Positions 25,843 through 35,796 of a DNA stretch of 64,000 bases are shown one piece after another. This DNA comes from Squalus acanthias (lineage: Eukaryota): positions 119,848,001-119,912,000 of the forward strand of contig CM059431.1 in assembly GCA_030390025.1 (NCBI GenBank). The letters run 5' to 3'. Each line of letters begins with the position of its first letter. The stretch's first letter is position 1. The position numbers were made by a program, and so were the translations under genes. Under the pieces are notes generated by a model. It ran no database searches and was not told the DNA's origin. It was given only the letters and a program-made list of their open reading frames with translations.

Positions 25843-28053
25843 TCAGCCTTGCTCACTTTCTTGCTGCTCCTGCCTCGACACTTTTGGTGGGTGTCCTCTG
25901 GGGTTGCGAGCCTGTGAGAGCTCGGCAACAGTCTGCTGCTGCTGCGGCTGTGCAGGGGCTGAGACGCCGATCTCCGTTGGGTGAGGACTCTGGTGGGGCT
26001 CTGACCGAGGGCTCTGCAGTGGCATGGTCATGTGAGTGCTTGGAGAGGAGCCCCCACTTCCTTGTTCTCTGCCACCTAGATCCCTCTCATGGGTCAGCTC
26101 CACTTCAGAGCTAGCAAGTGGCTTCACAGCACCTTGCTGCACTTCAGGAGGGCCATGAGGACCTATTTCTGCACTGGAAGCCCTACTCCAGAGGAGTTCC
26201 ATGAAGGTCTGGTTTCTCTGCTCAATAGAAGACCATCGCTCCTCAAGAGATGTCAGTCTATTCTGAATAATGACCATGTTTTCAAGACCTTGGCGACTAA
26301 GCCCCTTCATGGCCGTAGCCATTCTCTCCTCTACCGTTGCCAACCTCTCCTCTACGGTAGCCAGCCTTACCACGGAGGTAGCGATCCTTTCCATGGAGGT
26401 TGCCATCCTTTCCGTGGTGATGCGTTCATGCGCCAATGCCTCCACAAAGGCCCTGCTCATGTTAGCGATGGACTCCTCCATTCGCTCCACACTCGCAGCG
26501 ACCCTAGAGACAAAACCTGCCAGAGACTCCTGCACCTGTTCCTGGAGTTCCAGCACTGCTCTCCTTCTGGATAGACCCGGATGCACAGGGTCGACATGCA
26601 GCTGAGCCGAGCTGGCAGAGTCCTGTGCCCTCCGACGAGGACTCTCCACTGCTGTCCCTGTCTCCACCATCATCTGATGCTCACTTGTGAGCTGTGATAC
26701 ACCAGGTGACAACACTACTCTATCTCGCGAAGGTCCCACCGAGGTGTGAGTGTCTGCGCTGGTGCTGGGTGCGCTTAATTCTGCTGACGCTGTGCCCTCA
26801 GAGGTTGCAGCTTCCTCTGAGGAGTCTGGGGGCTCAGGCTGTTCCTCCTGGACAGTGTGGAGGGGGGCTGTCGATGGTCCTGTGGGGGAGTAAAGGAAAG
26901 AGTTAGACATGTGAGATAAACGTTGCATGCATATTGAATTGTGCAGATGATCATAAGTCAATCTGTTAGAGAATCAGAATCAATATCAGTCACTCATGCA
27001 ATGTCAATCAGAGAGATGCAAAACTATTCTGTCACCAGCTCGTTCTGATGCGCCCGTCTGTCCGTCCCCCACTTGCGAATTCTCCTCCACTTCCACAATC
27101 TCCAGGGCCACCTCCTCTGCTGTGGTGAGCTGGGCTATTGAGGGTGGCCCTATTCCTGTCCTGGCCCTCTCCCTCTTATTGTGGGCTCTCTTTTCCTGCA
27201 ATGAGGTACACAAGTGGAGTTTGAGTGAGAATGAAGGAGTGAGTTTCGAGAATCTATAGCATAGATGCTTAGAAGGACACAAAGCTGGAGTGAGGTGCCA
27301 AGACCAAGGGCCCTCCCTGTGTGTTGTAAGTTGTTGTCATTGCATCACAGTGATAGAGAGTGTGAGGGCTGCATAGTCGAATAGTTAAGTGAATGTGAAC
27401 ATAGAGAGAGAGGAAATGGTTAAACATAGAAACATAGAATCTAGGAGCAGGAGTAGGCCATTCGGCCCATCGAGCCTGCTCCACCATTCAATACGATCAT
27501 GGCTGATCATCCAAATCCAGTACCCTGTCCCTGCTTTAATCCCCACAGTACACAAATCCCACCCTACCCCCGTAACCCCACGTATTTAATTCCCCCTAAC
27601 ATATCCCATCCTATCCCCATAACCCCACATATTTAATCCCCCCCTAACACTAAGGGTCAATTTATCATAGCCAAATCAACCTAACCCACACACATTAAGG
27701 GTGCAGGGATGTAAGGGTCAAGTGGGATGTGGAGGAGGAGGTTGACAAAGCAGAGTGCTGGTGATGAGAGGCAAAGGGGATCAGATTGAGAGTCATGGGG
27801 ATGGAATACTCACTTTTCCTGTGCGGAGAAGGTCAAGAAACCTCTTTCTGCACTGCAGCCAGGTTCTGCTGCACATTGAAACGGCATTCACCTCCTGGGC
27901 CACTTGCAGCCACACAGCTTTGGTCTGTTGTGGAGGCTTTTTCCTCCCTGAAGAAGGAAACAGCACTTCCTTATTTGCTCTTGCTCCCTCCACCAGAGCT
28001 TGTAGGGAGTTCTCATCGAATCGGGGTGCACACTTTGGTCTGGTGCTGGACAT
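25843..28053 (-). CDS. Harbinger Myb/SANT-like DNA-binding protein; 3 exons (28053-27814, 27195-27036, 26879-25843), 478 aa spliced
   Basis: Exon 1 reads PRFDENSLQALVE...WLQVAQEVN...RTWLQCRKRFLDL. Both introns are GT-AG with compatible phases (0 and 1). Exon 3 has heptad repeats. A 13-bp deletion versus the 48-51 kb copy truncates the C-terminus. Confidence 0.8.
27424..27694 (-). repeat. 5'-truncated HE1/V-SINE-like SINE in Myb intron 1
   Basis: CR1-derived 3' tail (TTTCTATG)n and a V-domain-like GGTTAGGTTGATTTGGCTATGATAAATTG. TTAA on both sides. Absent from the homologous site at about 50785. Confidence 0.85.
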
Positions 28054-29901
28054 GGTTGCTGCAGGAATTCCTCAGAAGTATTATGCTAAAGCTGAAAGGC
28101 TGAAAAACAACCAAGGCTGCTTGCAGGCCTTAAATGCAGCTGCATAGATGACATCATCGGAGGCGAGTTTCAGCATCAAAATACTCATTGGGCCAGGGGT
28201 TCCTACACGCTGGAAATCAAGTGCCCAATTAGGGCAAAAATCGCTCATTTGTCCCGCCTCACATCGGAGGCGGGGTCCTGACACGCAAACCACCTGACAC
28301 GCCCCCAACCCTCCCCCAGTGACAAAATCCAGCCCATAGCTTCAGAAGGCTCAAACTCAAGACTCAGGCTGTTCAGAGAGTCCCAGACATCTGGCAGGAA
28401 TCAGTGTTAAAGCCACTTCCAACAGGGAAATTTTACAGTATTGATAAGTTTGATCATTTTCTTGTAGGTTTTGTAACTTTATATATTTTTATTTCATTAC
28501 AAAAATTAGGAACAATTTTCCTTTGTTTTTTTTTCCTGGGCAATGCTTATTTCAGGGTGCAAGGTGGAGGCAAATGGACAGAGACTCATGACACCAGGGG
28601 GGCAATTTTCCCAGCCCCGAGGAGGCGGGTTTGGAGGCGGGACAGTTGGCAAAATGGCAAAAACTGAGGGCGGGTTTGGAACCCGCCTCCAAGCAATTTT
28701 GCTGGAGGCGGGTTTGATGGGTGCGATTCGGTCCCACTTCCATCAGTCGGGAGAGGTAGTTAAGACCCTTAAATAGTAGTTAAGGGCCTCTATAATCCTA
28801 TTTTGACAGGCCTTCGTTATTTTACCACATTTTCAGCGTGTTGCACAACCCTCCTAAACCACGCTGGCTCAACCTGGCGGGTTGACAAGTGGGTGACCTC
28901 CTCACAGCTGCAGCTCCACCATTAAAATGGAGCTTTCATCAGGGAGCAGTTGCAGGTGGCAGAACTTTTGTTCCAAAGGTCTTTCAGCACTTTTAGCAGG
29001 CCTACCGAAGTTGGAAGTGCTGCAGCTTCTATCTCTCAACTGTGGGACCTCCTTGGAAGACCCTCTCCCCGCTTGAACTGAGCGCTTCCCCAACGGAGGT
29101 ATCTGCCAGCAGCATGGGAACCATTTGTTTCCTTTCACTATGGACCTCAGATTCGGATGAGGAGCAGCCACGGCAGCAGCAGAACCAGGCAGCTCAGCAG
29201 CAACAGCAGCAGGAGCCCCAACCTCCTGCTCACCCCTGATGCTGCACAGGGCAGAAGGCGCCAGCGCATGGAAGCACAACGTGCAAGGAATGCACTTATC
29301 CTGGCCAGATTTGCATAAGTTGCCCATTGTGCCACATGTGCTAGGTTCCTTCTTAACACATGATAGACAATGGACATGACTCTCTGGCCTCTTTTCACTC
29401 TGACCACATACCTGACCACGCAAGTGTCGTGGAGCCCGCAATGTGTAGCTGCCTAAGCCAAAATAACAGATGCCGTCACGCCAACAGGTTGCCATCACCT
29501 AATTTTAATACATTCCCACAGGGAAGGCATTTCATCAATAAACAGAAACAATCATCCAATCTGCACACAGATCTGGAGGTTATAGCCCTTGCCAGCTGGA
29601 TCCACACAGCCTTGGTTTCTTTGGGAGGCCTCTTCCTCCCACATGAGGGGAAGAGCACCTCCCTGCTAGCTGTTGCCCCCTCAACCAGCATACCCAGCGC
29701 CTCATCCGAGAACCTCAGGGAGGCCCTTGCCTTGGAGCTGGCCATTCTTCAAGGAGATAACAGCTTGGAGGTGGTGCAGCATCGACCAAAAACCAGTGGA
29801 ATGAGCCAAGGCAGCAAGCAGCCCTTAAATGAAGCTGGATAAGTGACGTCAGCAGAGGCGAGTTTCAGTCCCAAAACACTAATTGGTCCAGGGGAACCCA
29901 C

Positions 29902-32279
29902 GGGCTGGATTTTCTCAATGGAGACGTGATGGAGGCAGGACTGCTGCCGGGTCTCAGTCCCACCTCCATCAGCCTCTGGTCAACCAGCGGGATTTTCCCC
30001 TGTCTGACGTTGTTAAGCCCGCCCTGCGGGCTCTGCAGGCCAATTAGGGGGAAGTCACTGATAGAGCAAGTCAACATCTGACGTGCCATCTATCAAGATT
30101 TCTTGAAAGAAGAAATGTCAGCGTTTGACAGCTCTGTGAAGCTGTCAAACACTGACATTCTGTGTAGTTTGATGAGTGCTTGTGTTCAGGACTCAACAAA
30201 CCTTTCTACATTGTAGATTTCAGATGACTGTTGGTTCGGAGGATCCAACAGCCAGTCTGTGAAATCTACAATGACGATGTCAGGACTCCGGATCCAGAGC
30301 GGCTGAAGGCTGTCGGCAGAAACAAAGGTAAGTGAACATTTTCTAACACTTTATACTTACCACTCCACACTTGCACCATTCACTGTAAGGGGTTCTGTGT
30401 CGTGCTTGTATCGCAGACAGTGCTGGTGCGGGGTTAGGCCTTCGTTGCCCAATACTATTGCTTGCTCTGGTCTCTGGCCAGCCTTGTTGCAATAAGCACC
30501 TGTGAGTGGTTCGACCCACTCGCCCTTACGGTTCTAACACTGGACTTAGGTGCGAGAGCAGTAATGCAGAGAAAAACTCAAATAGACCCAGTTGAATAGT
30601 ACGAAATGGAAATCTTTATTGCATAGCGTCCAAGATCATGAAGTACATGTCATAGGCGCAAATTAACAAGAGTACAAGTATACATACATTCATAAAGCTT
30701 GGTCTATGGTAATGAAGAACGCACGGCACATCGTAAAAAGGGGAACACATTATACTTTATCCTTAATAAAACCACCCTCCCCTATCAATACCTACACTAC
30801 ATCTAGATTTGTAGGGTCGGGAAACATGCTCACCACTCGTGATACTTCGGAGAATTTTAAAGTGAGGTGCTCGGCTCGTTTCGCTGCAGCGCCTGACTGT
30901 CACGTGTTTTGAGAGGTCTTTGTACCCCACTTGTTTACTTTCGCTGCTGCTGCAAGCAGGCTGTGCTCCCCGTTGTCATGAAGAACTCGACAGTGCTCGG
31001 GCCCGGCTGTAGAACTCAAAGAAGAGTCTTCCTGTATCGACACCGGTTGTCGATAAAATTCGAGGAAGAGTCTATGACCAGTTCGTGCAGTAACTGATAG
31101 AGTTCGTATAAATTCGGCGCGGTCGGGGTTTACTGACCGCGGCGGCACGTGGATTCTTCTTCTTCTCTTCTCGTCTCGTCTCTTCGGGCCTTCGGGTCCA
31201 GAACACCGTTTACCGACACTCGGGATGGTGCACCCGGTTACCGGCCTTCGTCGAGGCGGCTCCTTCCGTTTGAGCTGCACCCAACATTCGAATAACCGTC
31301 CAGTGCGGCTAAAAGTCCAGAGTCAACAGTCCAGAGAAACAAGAGCACGAATCAAGCGAATAAGAATCAAATCAAGGGAGTAAGAGAGCGATGGACATTT
31401 GTTGTCTATAGTTATAGTGCTGTGTTCCCTTATCTCCCGCTCAAATCTTAATGTTTGTCCTTTGTGAAATATTGGCGCTCAAAACTCCCAGCATGGGGTG
31501 ATTCTTGTCTTTAACGGGTTTCGGTAGCACCTGAGACTGGCCAACTACCCGTTAATGTTTTCCCCATTGTTGAACCGGCTCGGAGCCTCCCTGGCTGGGT
31601 TTTGGGGGCCCCCGAATACTTGTTTAATCACCCGAGAATGGCTCTCTCATTGTAGAGTCGTGGGGGTATTTGCATATTGATGTGTCTGGATGGGCCTTCG
31701 ATTGCCCAGTACAATGGTCCTTACTTGTGCATGGAAAACGATTCCAGCACTCATATCTTTTGCTATTGTCACAAATGCAAACAGGTTGCATCCTGTCTTT
31801 ATCAGTGCTTATCGAAAATGTTTATTCGAACGCCATCTTGTCTGCCCACTGTACTTCTGGAAACTTCTGCCACAATGCGCGGCGGCCATTTTACAGGCTT
31901 CTGTGTCCTGTTTAATCATGACAGCATTTCGTTTAAATAAACTGATCAAACGAATCTGCTTCTATCTCGTTATTTCGAATCGCGATAATTGCGAAACTTT
32001 ACATCACTCACCTCTACATTGCACTTTCAGACCCCTCCGACCCCCGCAGACCTCCCACTCAACTCCTCCACCCCAGCGGGGTTCTCCCAGGTGGGGAAGC
32101 CTGCACTTGAAAAGGTAAAATAGGACTAATCCTTTTTTCTGCGGCAGTTAAAAGGATTTAATCCCTTTCCCGCCTTGAGGAGTTAGGACCCATGTCAGGA
32201 CGGCCACCACCACTTTCTGCAACTTTACCGGCAGTCCCGCTTCCATACCCGCCTCCTCGGGGCTGGCAAAATCCAGCCC
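29902..32279. mobile_element. Harbinger-type MITE nested in the 28598 element and carrying a solo LTR
   Basis: TIR GGGCTGGATTTT/AAAATCCAGCCC, TSD CAC, and homology to 12595-13408. Confidence 0.88.
30384..32003 (-). mobile_element. Solo LTR, family B
   Basis: TGTAAGGGG...TTTACA ends, perfect TSD TCAC, and homology to 35802-37468. Confidence 0.92.
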
Positions 32280-32834
32280 CACACCTCTGAAATCAACTGG
32301 CCAATTAGGGGAATATTTTTACCACCTCTCAGTGGAGGCAGGTTTGGAACCCATTGTAAGGGGTGACCTGCGGCTCTGTGCTTAGCCTGGGTGCTAGTGC
32401 GAGGTTAGGCCTTGTTGCCTGTTCTGGTCTCCAGCCAGCCTGGTAACACTAGACACCTGTGAGTGGTTCGACCTACTCGCCCTTACGGTTCTGACACTGG
32501 ACTTAGGTGCGAGAGCAATAATGCAGAGAAAAACTCAGGTAGACCCGGTCGAATAGTGCGAAATGGAAAATCTTTATTGCATATTATTCAAGATTACGAG
32601 ATACATGTCATAAGCACAGCTTAATGACAGTACAATCTTACACACAGTTATGTAACTAATTTTAGGGAAACGAGGAGCGCATGACACATCGTAAAAAGGG
32701 GCACACATTACAATTATCCTTAAAACTTAAACCCTCCCCTATCAATACCTGTCCTAAACTAGATTTGTAGGATCGAGACTCATGCTCACCACTCGTGATA
32801 ACTCGGAGAATTCCGAAACTCTGCTCGGATGTTT

Positions 32835-33440
32835 TTACCGCAGCACCTGACTATCCACGTGTTGATCAGGGGTCTCTGTACCCCACTTGTTTACTCGTTT
32901 CTGCTCCTCGAGCTCTTCCTCATCTGACTTCCAACCCAAATAAAAGATCTTACATTTTTCTAGGATGTCCTCTCCCCTGATGCAAGCTGCTTTGCCTGCC
33001 TGTGTGCCCTGTGGCCCTACCTGGGGCTGCGAGTCCCCACTCGCAGGTTTGGCCCCTGTTGTAGGCCCTTGTGCACCCGGCTTATACAGTTTGCACTGGT
33101 CAAAATCCCTGCTTCTGGCTACCCTGCAGGCTGCCTTTATCTCTCTAAGCTGTGCTTCTAGCATGAGCACGTCTAACTTTCCCATTAAGCGGGCGTTCTC
33201 CTCCCGCAGGGCCTGCTCTCTAAGCTGCCCTTCCAGCCCATCTATTTTCCCTATTAAGCGGGCGTTCTCCTCCCGCAAGGCCTGCTCTCTAAGCTGACCT
33301 TCTAGCCCGTTTACTTTCCCTATTAAGTGGGCGTTCTCCTCCCGCAAGGCCTGCTCTTTTAACCTGGCCTCCTCACAGGAGACCCCCTCCTGTGCGTGTC
33401 TTTTAAAAGGACACAGGTAGGCAGGCTGCGTGGGCTCTAG
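32835..33440 (-). CDS. Open frame continuing gag after its stop codon: 201 codons, Gag-like coiled coil with 69-bp (23-aa) tandem repeats
   Basis: No stop between 33440 and 32838 in the gag frame. The unit REENARLIGKIDGLEGQLREQAL is repeated about 3 times. No upstream ATG of its own. Confidence 0.55.
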   Translation of the reverse strand, partial: LEPTQPAYLCPFKRHAQEGVSCEEARLKEQALREENAHLIGKVNGLEGQLREQALREENARLIGKIDGLEGQLREQALREENARLMGKLDVLMLEAQLREIKAACRVARSRDFDQCKLYKPGAQGPTTGAKPASGDSQPQVGPQGTQAGKAACIRGEDILEKCKIFYLGWKSDEEELEEQKRVNKWGTETPDQHVDSQVLR

Positions 33441-35171
33441 TCATTGGGTACTATTGGACGGGGCTGCGGCATCTGCGGGGCCGGTAGCAACTGCCACCCT
33501 TCCATGCGAAATCATGAGGGTGCGCATGGCTCCCAACATTGATTCGATCGCATCGGGATGGATAGGTGCACTAGCTCCCCTATCGGAGACAGGCGCCTGG
33601 GCTCGGACTGCGGGATTTTTATCCCTGGACACCTTCCAAGGGTTCCTGCAGTTCTTGCGCCAATGCCCTGTCTTCCCACACCCGTAACAAGCATTACTGG
33701 CCTGCGGGGCGCGGTTACCCTCCTGATGCCACTCCTTCTGAGCCGGGGCTGTGGGCCGCGCCTCATGCACCTTTCCCTTAAGGGGACGTGCTCCCGTACT
33801 CCTGGTATTACGGTACCCTACCGTGAGTCGATTTAGGACCGACTCCTCTGTAGTGGCGGGGTTAGTGGGATCAAACCACGCTTTGGCCTGCTCCCTGACG
33901 GCTGGCAAACTGTTGGCTACTATACACCTGAGCCAATTAGTTAAACCGACGCCGTCCAAATAGGCGCGCGCTGGTGCGCCTGGGCAGCTACGCTGGTATA
34001 CTGGCCACAGCCTGTCGGCGAAAACCTTCGGGGGTTCTCCCTCCATCTGCACTGTTTGTCCCAATCTAACGAACGGACCTTCATCGTCCGCTCCCAACAC
34101 TTCTAGGACCTCATCTCTCAATTCCCCATAGGTATTATTTCCCCTCTTGCTCTCGTCTGAGAGACACTGAAGGATCGAGCTGTCTAATGAGAACAACAGC
34201 ATTTTTGCTTTTTCCCCATCGTCGCAGCCGTTAATGGCTGCGGTTTGCTCTACCTCCCTGAAATGTACGGAAGGGTCGTCTGACTCGGCCAGCTTCCGTA
34301 CGTGACTGATCATAACCCTCAGCTGGTGTGAGCTGTGAGGCAACACAAGCTGGTTGAGGAGATCCCCCTGTGCCCCACCGTCTCTGTTCGGGCCCCTCTT
34401 GATACCCGTGACCGGACATAACGGTCCCGGCTTCACTTCTACCTCAGTGGGCTCTTCCTCTACTTCTACCACTTCCTTCCTCACACAGGTTGCCGAATAG
34501 CTGGGTGGCGCAGAGGGCACAGTGGCAAATACCTCCTCTGCTTTGTTCGGTGGGGATTTCTGAAATTCCTCACCCACCAGCGGCTGGTGTGCTGACGGGC
34601 TGATAAGGCACACCATGCCGTGCGCTTTATTCAGGGCCTTTTTAAGGTTCCCTATCTCTCTTTGGCAGACGCTGTGATCGGCCCCCTGATGTTTATCCTC
34701 GAGGGCCATCTTATATGCCGCCCTAACCCCCGTTAAGCTCTCTTCCTGGGCTTTTATTTGGGCAGCTAGGCGGGCACATCGTTCCTTTATTCTGCCCTCA
34801 TTTAACTTTGCCTCAGTGACCTGGCACTCGAGGTAATCTATTTTCGCCTCATGGTGGTTGGCGACTAATTGGCGTTCTTGATGTAACGCATTTAAGGACG
34901 CGATGAGCTGCTGCCCCCCCGCGACCTTCTCGTCCATTTCCACCTCTAAACCCTTGATCTGAGCTGCCTGCGCTAAGATGACCTGGTCCGAAATTTGGAC
35001 TTGTCTTTTATAGCACATCAGCCAGACCGCTTTCTCTGCTGTTTTTTTATGTTCCTTGCTATCTGTCCACCTCTCGGCTGCCTCTAGTGGACGCTTATCC
35101 ACCAGCAGGTCACTTATCCATTTCTTAGTCAAATTCACTTTTCCAAACAATGGCAGCACACCATCTTCCAT
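33441..35171 (-). CDS. gag: Ty3/Gypsy-type Gag (coiled-coil N-terminus, capsid-like region, CCHC zinc knuckle)
   Basis: 576-aa uninterrupted ORF with CYGCGKTGHWRKNC, located downstream of the 5' LTR and PBS. Confidence 0.9.
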   Translation of the reverse strand: MEDGVLPLFGKVNLTKKWISDLLVDKRPLEAAERWTDSKEHKKTAEKAVWLMCYKRQVQISDQVILAQAAQIKGLEVEMDEKVAGGQQLIASLNALHQERQLVANHHEAKIDYLECQVTEAKLNEGRIKERCARLAAQIKAQEESLTGVRAAYKMALEDKHQGADHSVCQREIGNLKKALNKAHGMVCLISPSAHQPLVGEEFQKSPPNKAEEVFATVPSAPPSYSATCVRKEVVEVEEEPTEVEVKPGPLCPVTGIKRGPNRDGGAQGDLLNQLVLPHSSHQLRVMISHVRKLAESDDPSVHFREVEQTAAINGCDDGEKAKMLLFSLDSSILQCLSDESKRGNNTYGELRDEVLEVLGADDEGPFVRLGQTVQMEGEPPKVFADRLWPVYQRSCPGAPARAYLDGVGLTNWLRCIVANSLPAVREQAKAWFDPTNPATTEESVLNRLTVGYRNTRSTGARPLKGKVHEARPTAPAQKEWHQEGNRAPQASNACYGCGKTGHWRKNCRNPWKVSRDKNPAVRAQAPVSDRGASAPIHPDAIESMLGAMRTLMISHGRVAVATGPADAAAPSNSTQ

Positions 35172-35190
35172 TCATAAGTTTCATATACCT

Positions 35191-35701
35191 GCTGTGAAAT
35201 CTATGAATCTTACACCCCCCCAAAATAACAGCTAAACCTCAATTAAATTTAAAAAAAAACCATCACATTAATAAAATAAGTATAGTTAATTAAATTAACC
35301 ATTTTAAATAAAAAATTAAATTTTTGGAAAAATTTAAAATCTTTTAAAAAGTTATAAAAATAAACTTACCTGTCTTTAAAGTCTCTAAAAAAGATATACC
35401 TGTTAAAAAAAATTCAAAAAAATACTTAATTCACTACTTACCTTGTTAAAAGTAGGTCTTACTCCTCCTTTTTACATTTCTAAAATCTTCAGTACTTACC
35501 TGCGCGTCCAAAGCATGAAGTGCACAGCGTGCGCGCAGCCTGTAGCGCGCACGCGATGCACCGAGGAACCGCCCCCTTTTCAAAAGAGCAATTGCCGGTT
35601 TTCAGCGCATGCGCAGGGCATGCAGAAAACCGGCAATTGGAGTGGGAATACGCGAGAGTACGCAGTGCGTACTCTCGCGTCGCGGGATCAATTTCTGGGC
35701 C
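35191..35701. mobile_element. One-ended copy of the 7860-8602 MITE between the PBS and gag
   Basis: Colinear with about 8093-8602. Retains the AATTTCTGGGCC TIR and lacks the other end. Confidence 0.85.
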
Positions 35702-35778
35702 ATAATCTGCTATTCTCTCTTCCATGACATTTCGCCCATTCATACCAGGGTCCAACACATTATTTTCTCGCTGCCAGT

Positions 35779-35796
35779 GTCCCTTCGTGGTCGCCA
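35779..35796 (-). promoter_or_regulatory. Primer binding site, tRNA-Arg(TCG)-type
   Basis: TGGCGACCACGAAGGGAC lies 5 nt after the LTR's TTACA end. It is complementary to GTCCCTTCGTGGTCG-CCA, the 3' end I recall for vertebrate tRNA-Arg(TCG). Confidence 0.8.

Larger units (their letters stand above)
23763..28335. mobile_element. Near-full-length PIF/Harbinger transposon (convergent transposase and Myb/SANT genes)
   Basis: TIR GGGCTCAATTTTG/CAAAATCCAGCCC, perfect TSD ATA, and both expected genes. Confidence 0.95.

Noticed and set aside
35172..35499. Splicing out part of the MITE to fuse the PBS-overlapping ORF to gag
   Set aside because: The obvious acceptors (TTTCACAG/CAG near 35190) give the gag frame but hit two TGA stops before 35171.
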